Positions 23,150-33,227 of a DNA stretch of 35,343 bases are shown piece by piece (the stretch's first letter is position 1; every line of letters begins with the position of its first letter). The notes under the pieces are model-generated. The model searched no databases. It had not been told where the DNA came from and saw only the letters and a list, made by a program, of their open reading frames with translations. A program made the translations under genes and the position numbers. The stretch is from Octopus bimaculoides (Eukaryota). The DNA lies in NCBI RefSeq assembly GCF_001194135.2, contig NC_068983.1, positions 2,110,538 through 2,145,880 on the forward strand, in the 5' to 3' direction.

Positions 23150-23368
23150 ATTCTTTTCTACTCTAGGCATAAGGCCCGCAATTTTGGGGAGGCGGGAGCC
23201 AATCGCTTAGATCGGTCCCAGTACGCAAATGGTACTTAATTTATCGAGCCCGAAAGGATGAAAGGCAATGTGGACCTCGGCAGAATTTGAACTCAGAACG
23301 CAGTGACTGACGAAATACCGCTAAGCATTTCGTCCGGCGTGCTAACTTTTCTGACATTTCACCGTCTT
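23150..23368 (-). mobile_element. tRNA-derived SINE, family A (partial second copy at 22948-23075 is likely an assembly overlap)
   Basis: Reverse complement reads taagacggtgaaatgtcagaaaagttagcacgcc...gagttcaaattctgccgagg...ttcatcctttcggg. Confidence 0.9.
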
Positions 23369-23378
23369 AGTAATAATC

Positions 23379-23428
<50 letters not shown>

Positions 23429-23460
23429 TGGTGATGATGATGATGATGATGATGATGATA
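23369..23460. repeat. (TAA)n then (GAT)n microsatellite
   Basis: Read directly. Confidence 0.95.
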
Positions 23461-23635
23461 TAGTTGTCCCAATCGATATAAATGTATCTATCAAGACCCA
23501 CCCAAAAGCTGAGCAATTATAAAAATCTTGAAATAGAAATTGGCAAAATGTGGAATCTCAAGACTAAAACAATACTAGGAGCCCTAAGAATGATAGCAAA
23601 AGGGACTGATTCCTACCTAGTTCAGATACCAAGAA
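23455..23635 (+). mobile_element. R4/Dong-type non-LTR retrotransposon restriction-like endonuclease fragment
   Basis: DIVVPIDINVSIKT / QKLSNYKNLEIEIGKMWNLKTKTILGALRMIAKGTDSYLVQIP matches the RLE pattern D..VP.D.N...K..EKL.KY.DL..EI..MW.......GALG. Confidence 0.8.
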
Positions 23636-23749
23636 ACATGAAGAAATTCCCATTAAAAGATCAGGAGGTGTAGTGCAGTGGTTTCCAACCCTTTTATTTA
23701 AATGTGTTTTCCTGCGGACCCCCTTTTAATATGATCATCCTTATGTATA

Positions 23750-24399
23750 TAGGGTTCGGTTAATAAACTGTTGTCGAAATTACGCGAAAATGAAAATAAC
23801 AGACATCTCATTTTAACAGATATATTTACCAAAATTACATAAAAATATCTTGAAATACTAAAGAGTAAATTTATTCATTGAAATCGCCATTGGCTTCAAC
23901 CACAGACGATTTCAGAATCTCCTGCAAATCTTCAGTTCATCTTCGGTGTTACAAAGAGTTTTGCTGATCTCGTATGCAACTGCGCACCATACATTATTAT
24001 CAAGGAGGTTGCAGTCTGGTGAGATATGTGGTCAGATATTAGGGCTAATGTGGTGTGCAGAAATTGTTTGATAGGCATGACTGGTTCTCCTGCTTGTTTG
24101 GCATTACTTTCGTAATCACCATTAACCTCATCCAACTCTTTCCGAATCCTTTGCACTGTCCGCAGAATGATACCCAAACACTCTGAAATGTTCGTATTGG
24201 AGCTTCCGGCACGAATACCATGCTGTACGGCATGTCGTTTGCAAATTTATGACAGAGTGAGTTGCGTCATGGTGGTGTTTTTCTGACAGACAGTGGCCAA
24301 CTGAACCTACTATAGTGTGTAGTCAACAAAATCAAAACCAAACAACACGCTCGCACGAAATTAAAAATATAGTGGAGACAATTTAACCATGGTACTCTG
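23750..24399 (-). mobile_element. Tc1/mariner (maT/DD37D-like) deletion derivative nested in the hAT element
   Basis: N-terminus MTQLTLS*ICKRHAVQHGIRAGSSNTNISECLGIILRTVQRIRKELDEVNGDYES (ATG at 24270) is joined to C-terminal SPDCNLLDNNVW...VVEANGDFNE* (ending 23871). Degenerate TIRs with flanking TA. Confidence 0.8.
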
Positions 24400-24464
24400 T
24401 ATATATAAAATTAGTGTACATCGAAACACAAAAAGAGGCAAGCCTTAACATGTCGCCTTACATA

Positions 24465-24594
24465 CTAGAAGGAGCAGTCAAAAGTCCAAACCACAGCTAA
24501 TAGCAATTTCGAAGGGAATGAAAAATAAAAAAACATTTACCTCTCTTCGAAATTGCTCTTAACTGTGATTTGGACTTTTGACTGTTCCTTCTAG
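24465..24594. mobile_element. 130-bp hairpin MITE
   Basis: 50-bp arms (46/50 complementary) around a 30-nt spacer, with CTAG at both ends. Confidence 0.8.
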
Positions 24595-25394
24595 CATCTA
24601 AGGTGACCTGTTATGGCTCAGCTCATTTTGTGTTTAAATGTACACTAATTTATATATGGGATTTTATATANNNNNNNNNNNNNNNNNNNNNNNNNNNNNN
24701 NNNNNNNNNNNNNNNNNNNNNNNNNNNNNNNNNNNNNNNNNNNNNNNNNNNNNNNNNNNNNNNNNNNNNNNNNNNNNNNNNNNNNNNNNNNNNNNNNNNN
24801 NNNNNNNNNNTATATATAATATGAACTTTTGAATTTAATTCACGGGCCACCAGGGCTCCGCAGACCCATGTTGGGAATCACTGGTGTAGTGCATCACTAT
24901 TGTTGTTAAATTTACAATGAACAGAATTTTTCTTTCTGTTTTTGTTTTACCGTAGGAATCTAATAAGATACTTTGAAGGTCAAAAAACAAATTCTGTAGA
25001 AAATTTAGCTGACAAGATAAGGATTAGAATGGATGGGGTGAAAAAAATGTCAAATGTAAAAGAAATCAGTAATCGGTCAAGAATGAAAATTATTCTGGTT
25101 TAATTCAGTTAGAAAATTAAATGGATTAACTTAATACTGTTATATTCTAGCTTGTTATATGGGATTTTGTTGTTTGTATAGTGAGCATGTATGACTTAGT
25201 TTCTGAAAATATTTTGTATAAATAGCTAGCTAAATACCTACTAAAACAATTCTATGTATAATAATCTCAACAATCAGGTTTATGTAAAGGATGATATAGA
25301 AGTGACATCCTATAATAGTATAGCGTCGGTAACGACGAGGATTGTTACAAATAATTTCAAGTATTTTGGCAGAAGGGCAGCCTTGGCAGGGGAT

Positions 25395-25481
25395 TTAAGT
25401 CAATTACATCGACCCCAGTGCAGAACTAGTACTTATTTAATTGGCCCCGAAATGATGAAAGGTAAAATCGACCTTGGCGGT
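25395..25481 (-). mobile_element. SINE family A fragment
   Basis: atcgaccccagt...tacttattt...gatgaaaggtaaaatcgacc, antisense to the family A body. Confidence 0.7.
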
Positions 25482-25489
25482 ATAGCAAG

Positions 25490-25790
25490 TGTTCCAAATG
25501 ATCCGATCAACGAAGGAGCCTGCTGATGAAATTAACGTGCAAGTGGTTGAGTACTCCACAGACAAGCGTACACTTAAAGTATTTCTCAGGGAGATTCAGA
25601 GTGACACAGAATGTGACAAGGCTGGCCACTTTTGAATTACAGGTACAACTCATTTCTGCCAAATGAGTGGACTTAAGCAGAGAGAAAAAAATGTGTCAGG
25701 CTCGAAAATCCAACGCACCACCGTGAATCGAACTCACGACCTTCTGATGACGATTGTAAGCCGAATACCGTAACCACTAAGCCACGCACC
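25490..25790 (-). mobile_element. tRNA-derived SINE (family C-related)
   Basis: Reverse complement head ggtgcgtggcttagtggttacggtattcgg...gtgagttcgattc. The body shares gaattacaggtaca with 10632-10840. Confidence 0.8.
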
Positions 25791-25864
25791 TGGGAAGAAA
25801 AGACATTTGATTTACTGCTATGAAAAATTTATTTACTAAATACCGTACAAACAATTGAGAATTA

Positions 25865-26208
25865 GGTCACGTCGCTAAAAAAATCGTGTACATTGTGAGA
25901 AAAAGAAATAAATTACAGTAAAAAGATTAAATAAAAAGACCATACATTCAAAGCAAACCGGAAGTAAAAGGAAACGACTGATTCACAGGAAGAGGAGTTA
26001 GATGTAAAAGGGAAAACAAAGGGAAATGTCAGTGGATATTCATATAATGTTAGAAAACTAGTTACGTTCACACTTAACAAAACTATAAAGAAAATAAAAA
26101 CATAGAAATCTAAAGTCCGAAGCCGTTTCACTTGGCGCCAATGCAGCACTACCGAAAGTGTAATGCTTTCTGTAAAATGGACAAGAAAATTGGGAAAAGA
26201 AGGTAAAT
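25865..26208 (+). promoter_or_regulatory. Candidate Pol II promoter with short first coding exon (ATG 26177, donor 26203)
   Basis: GGTCACGTC (25865), ACCGGAAGT ETS-type site (25957), TATAAAG (26084), palindrome TTGGCGCCAA (26132), then aaaATGG...AAG|GTAAAT encoding MDKKIGKR. Confidence 0.25.
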
Positions 26209-27092
26209 GATCCCAGATGAAATCAACGTCGCCAACTGTTCTTTGCCATCTTATTCCCTGTCGGTTTCATCGTATTTAACAGAGAGGAACTGCTCAGTCA
26301 CGAGGCAATAAAACCAACACAAGAAACAAACAACGACCGTCAATAGACCTCGAAGCATGTTTAGATACCTTTGATAATGACAAAGTATTCAAGGAGTGTT
26401 GATTATTTCTAATATGTATATATGTATTTCGGGAGCAATTTGAAAGTTAGAGGTACTTACAATGTAAACTGGGAAATCAGTGCCTTGGCATAATGTTTTA
26501 ATATTTAACGAAGCATTAAAAATTAAGACATTATTGTAGAGAAACATACAAGACAAATTCTCTTTTTAAATATAATTTCTTCCTTTTATGATACATCATA
26601 AAAAAAATTGTTATACGTATAGATTACACTAAATATATGTGTGTGTGTGCGTGTATATTTGTATATGTGTACGTGCGTGTGTATAAATTACAGCTTATGC
26701 ACTTGCGTTTGCGCGAGCACGTATACTAATGTAAATGGTTCCATCTATGCATATTCTTACCGCCTTATTAGTTTGTCATGCGTATGCGATATGAGTAATC
26801 TAGCATGAAAGTCAAGTTTGACCAAGTATTAATTTATTTCACGCTCCACTGATATCCACTTGAGAAACAATTTTTTATTGCAACACTAGCTGACAGAAAT
26901 GGCGGCATCTCGTGGATACCAAGTAATTAGTCTTTTTGTAATACAGAGCGGCATTATTTCCATAAAATTATTATTACAATATATAATGTTGAAGTGATTC
27001 ACTACCTCGATTGGATTTCTTTAATTTTCATCGATGGTCGGCAAAACAAACATTCAGATTATGATTATAATAATAAGAGGACAGTTGATAAC

Positions 27093-27127
<35 letters not shown>

Positions 27128-27137
27128 ACACACGCAC

Positions 27138-27179
<42 letters not shown>

Positions 27180-28102
27180 NNNNNNNNNNNNNNNNNNNNN
27201 NNNNNNNNNNNNNNNNNNNNNNNNNNNNNNNNNNNNNNNNNNNNNNNNNNNNNNNNNNNNNNNNNNNNNNNNNNNNNNNNNNNNNNNNNNNNNNNNNNNN
27301 NNNNNNNNNNNNNNNNNNNNNNNNNNNNNNNNNNNNNNNNNNNNNNNNNNNNNNNNNNNNNNNNNNNNNNNNNNNNNNNNNNNNNNNNNNNNNNNNNNNN
27401 NNNNNNNNNNNNNNNNNNNNNNNNNNNNNNNNNNNNNNNNNNNNNNNNNNNNNNNNNNNNNNNNNNNNNNNNNNNNNNNNNNNNNNNNNNNNNNNNNNNN
27501 NNNNNNNNNNNNNNNNNNNNNNNNNNNNNNNNNNNNNNNNNNNNNNNNNNNNNNNNNNNNNNNNNNNNNNNNNNNNNNNNNNNNNNNNNNNNNNNNNNNN
27601 NNNNNNNNNNNNNNNNNNNNNNNNNNNNNNNNNNNNNNNNNNNNNNNNNNNNNNNNNNNNNNNNNNNNNNNNNNNNNNNNNNNNNNNNNNNNNNNNNNNN
27701 NNNNNNNNNNNNNNNNNNNNNNNNNNNNNNNNNNNNNNNNNNNNNNNNNNNNNNNNNNNNNNNNNNNNNNNNNNNNNNNNNNNNNNNNNNNNNNNNNNNN
27801 NNNNNNNNNNNNNNNNNNNNNNNNNNNNNNNNNNNNNNNNNNNNNNNNNNNNNNNNNNNNNNNNNNNNNNNNNNNNNNNNNNNNNNNNNNNNNNNNNNNN
27901 NNNNNNNNNNNNNNNNNNNNNNNNNNNNNNNNNNNNNNNNNNNNNNNNNNNNNNNNNNNNNNNNNNNNNNNNNNNNNNNNNNNNNNNNNNNNNNNNNNNN
28001 NNNNNNNNNNNNNNNNNNNNNNNNNNNNNNNNNNNNNNNNNNNNNNNNNNNNNNNNNNNNNNNNNNNNNNNNNNNNNNNNNNNNNNNNNNNNNNNNNNNN
28101 NN

Positions 28103-28188
<86 letters not shown>

Positions 28189-28467
28189 ATATATATAAGC
28201 ATATGAGTTAGTTTTTGAATATATGAATTTCCATTTCTATGCTTCTGGGTATGTTATTTAAATTCCTGCCTAATATAAAATAGCATATACAACGTTGTTC
28301 TTTCATTACACTTTGTTGTTATGCATGTATACACGCACAGTCACATGTGTGCGCGTGCACACACACACACAAACACACAGATAGAGAGAGGCAGACAGAC
28401 AAACGGACCAGGCATAAAACAGACAGTCAAACGGACCAGGCATAAAACGGACAGACAGATCGACAGT

Positions 28468-28469
<2 letters not shown>

Positions 28470-28540
<71 letters not shown>
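28470..28540. repeat. (GATA)n microsatellite
   Basis: Read directly. Confidence 0.95.
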
Positions 28541-28541
<1 letters not shown>

Positions 28542-28602
28542 TGTGTGAGCTTGTATTTGTGTACATGTATGTATGTATGTATTTATGTATGTAATTGTTC
28601 AG

Positions 28603-28691
28603 CTTTATTCAAGATTTCTTGCCAACAAAGAAAGAACCGGTTTCTAAGCTAGATTCAAGGCTCTTTCATCGGAATTTCAACATCTACAACA
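28603..28691 (+). repeat. Dispersed ~90-bp repeat, copy 2
   Basis: Aligns to the reverse complement of 489-576. Confidence 0.8.
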
Positions 28692-28869
28692 TGTATTCTA
28701 ATGCATATATTTGCATATCTAACCATGCTCATATATATTTAAATGATAAACTTCTGGAAAGTTTTACAGATTTTTAAAATTCCAGCGATGGATTGGATCT
28801 GTAGTTTTCTAATTAGCTTTCTCCTTTCTGATTTTGAGAAACCTAATTTCTCAATTTTGGTGTTTAGGC

Positions 28870-28981
28870 AGTGTGTATGTATGTATGTATGTATGTATGT
28901 ATGTATGTATGTATGTATGTATGTATAGATGCATGTATGTATGTATGTATGTATGTATGTGTGTCTATGTATGTATGTATG

Positions 28982-29013
<32 letters not shown>

Positions 29014-29045
29014 CATGTATGTATGTATGTATGTTTGCATGTATG
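28870..29045. repeat. (TATG)n microsatellite
   Basis: Read directly. Confidence 0.95.
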
Positions 29046-30076
29046 TTTGAATATATTTCTGTATATGCGTGAATATTGAAGGCATCGATATGATGAAGTC
29101 GACTGAGAATCAGAAAGACTTATTCCTGCTGCTGTTCCAATTCTGTGTACTCGAAGTTCAAATTATACACAATTCGGGGTTTAGAAACTGGCGTTTTGTG
29201 TGAAAAATTTATCCAGCTTTTTGCATAGGTTTTTAGCACGATGGTGAGAGATTCTCTGGATATCATAGCTCCAACCTACCTTCTTTAACAATAACGGATC
29301 ATTTTATGTCCCCCACTCGATTTTCCATGTTCGTTTTGCAGTAACTCTCAAATGAAGGCGTTGTCGTGTTCAGTGGAATTATCTTAGATTCCTTCAATCC
29401 GAGTATTTTTCACTTCATGAGAGAAAAGAGAATGTAATTTCTAAACTTTCTTTTACAAGGTATATTTCCCTCAAACTTAAACAAATTAAACTGCAATTAA
29501 TTAAATGCACTAAACACCGATTTAGAGATCTTTGAAAAATAATTAAAACCCAGTGCCACATTTTGTGACGTGAAAACAAAAATAGCAATTAATGTCGAAA
29601 ATGGAATATCTTATCTTGAGCTAATTTCTGCTGAAAAACGTAAATGCCGTATAATATATCCAAGTGTGAGAAATGGAATACCTTCAGCGTCACCATCCAA
29701 AAGCTTTTTAAAACATTCTGAAAGACAGTATTTGTAACAAATGATGAATATTTTCAGCCTGTACATGGTAAGTAAAATCAAGTACAATTTAGTGAAACGT
29801 ATCCATGTAGATGTAGCTTTTCTAAGATGATTCAAATATTATATGGCGTAACTAATGACATAATGACCATTATACAAAATAATTTAACATCATTTCAACA
29901 TTCTTTTAAATTATTATGTGACGTTCATTAACAGTTATCTATTTCTTTTAGATCTGCTTGACTTTTATCTTTATATGCTTAGAAATAATTACAAGAAACA
30001 TACAATTTTTATAGTTATATATTATTATGTATCTACATAAAATTATACATGAATATATAATTATGTGTTATGTATA

Positions 30077-30155
<79 letters not shown>

Positions 30156-30322
30156 TTATATTTTTGTATCTAATATACAGCAAGAGAGTATTGTAGCTAT
30201 GTATTATGTATATATAGGAGAGTATTGTAGTTTGCTGGAAGCATTCTGTATCGTTTGTGAAATATAACGTGTCTTGAAAGGCACGATATATATTATGCAA
30301 AACCACACAGTGCAATTTCCAG

Positions 30323-30447
30323 GAGATGCCGTCTCTGCTCCGAGGAAGCCTTGTCTATTGTATGGACTAACGAAAAGAGACTTAATAGAATTTCTGAAAG
30401 ACTATCAAGATGCCTACACGCATATAAATGTACTTTCGCACAATACA
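30323..30447 (+). CDS. Candidate internal coding exon (125 nt, phase 1 to 0) of an unidentified gene
   Basis: caatttccag| acceptor and ACA|GTGAGA donor. Open frame (G)DAVSAPRKPCLLYGLTKRDLIEFLKDYQDAYTHINVLSHNT, non-repetitive. No homology recognised. Confidence 0.3.
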
Positions 30448-32114
30448 GTGAGAATGAAATTTAAGTATCCGTTAACTTAGTGTAATTTTGTTTCATTTTA
30501 CTTTAACGTGTGGATGACTTAAATTTACTTTAATCCTCTCCGTTCTTCTAAACACTTCTTAAGTATCTAACTCACTTTGTAATTATGAGTGCGTCTAGCC
30601 TCGCGTGTGCGTATACTCACATCTTTGCTAATGCTTGTATGAGCGTGCGTAAACGTGACATGCTGCTTGTCCGAGGGCGTTTATACAACCATATCGGTTA
30701 ACAGTTATTTTCAATACTTTTCTCTCTGGATTAAGTGTTAGTTTCTCTTTTTGTTTTCTGCAATTTTATGTTGGGATCTTCTATATATATGAAGAATTTT
30801 CCTCCGTCTGCCTGTTTTTCTCTCTGCAAAACAGAAAGTTACATTGTGGAACAGTTATTTTAACGAGTTTTTTTTTTACTTATTTATCAGATACGTCTGC
30901 ACCACCGGATACTCCTGAACCAGTTTTTGTGTATTCCACAAAAGGAGTCAATGCTAGATGTGTCGAAACAATTGTTGTGATTAATAATATATTCTCGTAT
31001 ATTCCATCTTCTGTCTTTCATCTGTTATATGNNNNNNNNNNNNNNNNNNNNNNNNNNNNNNNNNNNNNNNNNNNNNNNNNNNNNNNNNNNNNNNNNNNNN
31101 NNNNNNNNNNNNNNNNNNNNNNNNNNNNNNNNNNNNNNNNNNNNNNNNNNNNNNNNNNNNNNNNNNNNNNNNNNNNNNNNNNNNNNNNNNNNNNNNNNNN
31201 NNNNNNNNNNNNNNNNNNNNNNNNNNNNNNNNNNNNNNNNNNNNNNNNNNNNNNNNNNNNNNNNNNNNNNNNNNNNNNNNNNNNNNNNNNNNNNNNNNNN
31301 NNNNNNNNNNNNNNNNNNNNNNNNNNNNNNNNNNNNNNNNNNNNNNNNNNNNNNNNNNNNNNNNNNNNNNNNNNNNNNNNNNNNNNNNNNNNNNNNNNNN
31401 NNNNNNNNNNNNNNNNNNNNNNNNNNNNNNNNNNNNNNNNNNNNNNNNNNNNNNNNNNNNNNNNNNNNNNNNNNNNNNNNNNNNNNNNNNNNNNNNNNNN
31501 NNNNNNNNNNNNNNNNNNNNNNNNNNNNNNNNNNNNNNNNNNNNNNNNNNNNNNNNNNNNNTATATATATGGTGTTGTACATATGCATATATGCACGCAT
31601 ATATATTTATATCGTCTCTAACCATACTTTAAACCTGTTTCAATCTAAAGCTAATTAATAATATTGACACTTCAATACGTTAAAATATTTTTCTCTCCCC
31701 TTTTCTCTACCTTTTACGTAACTATGCGAATGGAATCGATTTTTCATGGAAGAAAATAACGCAACAACTTCAAAGATAAGACATGAAACAATATTTCATT
31801 GCTAAATTTACCGTTTAACTACTTTTAACTGCTATATGGTGCTTCCATATTCACCTCTGTATATTTTTAGCCGTTTATGCTTATCCATCCCATCACGCTA
31901 ACTCATTATTATTATTTCCCTTTCAATACTTAAACTCTTGCTTGTCTTCTTTTCCCGGATGATGTTAGCACTTAATAACTGTGGGACATCTTTAATCATC
32001 AATAATTAACTGAGATCATACAAATGTTCGTCACGTAATATCCTAATTCAGCCAGAATCTATTTTATATACGTATCATATGAGTGTTCTGCTTATTGCTA
32101 TGCTATCTTATTGT

Positions 32115-32140
32115 TATCATCATCATCATCATCATCATCC

Positions 32141-32191
<51 letters not shown>

Positions 32192-32235
32192 CTTCTACTA
32201 TTATTGTCGCCATCATCATCACCGTCATCATCAAC
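32115..32235. repeat. (CAT)n/(AGT)n trinucleotide microsatellite
   Basis: Read directly. Confidence 0.95.
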
Positions 32236-33084
32236 ATCTTCCAACACCACAATGTTTCAATGTCAATTATCGCTGATATAATTTCGGTAAAAGTCACGAG
32301 TTTTCTAATTATGCTTTCAATTATAAAGTTTATTTTTAATTAATCGACCAATTTNNNNNNNNNNNNNNNNNNNNNNNNNNNNNNNNNNNNNNNNNNNNNN
32401 NNNNNNNNNNNNNNNNNNNNNNNNNNNNNNNNNNNNNNNNNNNNNNNNNNNNNNNNNNNNNNNNNNNNNNNNNNNNNNNNNNNNNNNNNNNNNNNNNNNN
32501 NNNNNNNNNNNNNNNNNNNNNNNNNNNNNNNNNNNNNNNNNNNNNNNNNNNNNNNNNNNNNNNNNNNNNNNNNNNNNNNNNNNNNNNNNNNNNNNNNNNN
32601 NNNNNNNNNNNNNNNNNNNNNNNNNNNNNNNNNNNNNNNNNNNNNNNNNNNNNNNNNNNNNNNNNNNNNNNNNNNNNNNNNNNNNNNNNNNNNNNNNNNN
32701 NNNNNNNNNNNNNNNNNNNNNNNNNNNNNNNNNNNNNNNNNNNNNNNNNNNNNNNNNNNNNNNNNNNNNNNNNNNNNNNNNNNNNNNNNNNNNNNNNNNN
32801 NNNNNNNNNNNNNNNNNNNNNNNNNNNNNNNNNNNNNNNNNNNNNNNNNNNNNNNNNNNNNNNNNNNNNNNNNNNNNNNNNNNNNNNNNNNNNNNNNNNN
32901 NNNNNNNNNNNNNNNNNNNNNNNNNNNNNNNNNNNNNNNNNNNNNNNNNNNNNNNNNNNNNNNNNNNNNNNNNNNNNNNNNNNNNNNNNNNNNNNNNNNN
33001 NNNNNNNNNNNNNNNNNNNNNNNNNNNNNNNNNNNNNNNNNNNNNNNNNNNNNNNNNNNNNNNNNNNNNNNNNNNNNNNNNNNN

Positions 33085-33085
33085 N

Positions 33086-33121
<36 letters not shown>

Positions 33122-33227
33122 AGAGAGAGAGTATGTGTGTGCGCGTGTGTGTGTGTGTGTGTGAGAGAGAGAGTATGTGTGTGTGCGTGTGTGTGGGTGT
33201 GTGTGTGTATGTGTGTGTGTGTGTGCA
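33085..33227. repeat. (TA)n/(GT)n/(GA)n compound microsatellite
   Basis: Read directly. Confidence 0.9.

Larger units (their letters stand above)
23676..24883. mobile_element. Non-autonomous hAT (Charlie-like) element with nested insertions
   Basis: TIRs CAGTGGTTTCCAAC and (reverse complement) CAGTGATTCCCAAC match at 12/14. A perfect 8-bp TSD GTGTAGTG lies at 23668-23675 and 24884-24891. Confidence 0.9.

Noticed and set aside
22884-23277. 192-bp exact tandem duplication (22884-23075 = 23086-23277)
   Set aside because: Same 10-N overlap artefact.
1067-25790. tRNA genes suggested by A/B-box-like heads
   Set aside because: The heads continue into shared SINE bodies, are diverged, and give no convincing cloverleaf.
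25913-26149. Hydrophobic 78-aa minus-strand ORF resembling a membrane protein
   Set aside because: The hydrophobicity follows from the A-rich plus strand. It has a non-ATG start and no recognisable family.
28399-28450. Two-copy 28-bp tandem (caaacggaccaggcataaaac..) and a 21-bp duplication near 34981/35014
   Set aside because: Simple local slippage duplications with no further structure.
29682-29717. Minus-strand 36-nt exon candidate (ctttcag|...GAAG|gtattc; CFKKLLDGDAE)
   Set aside because: It is isolated with no partner exons. Recorded because it shows such AG..GT candidates also arise on the other strand, which tempers the micro-exon hypothesis.
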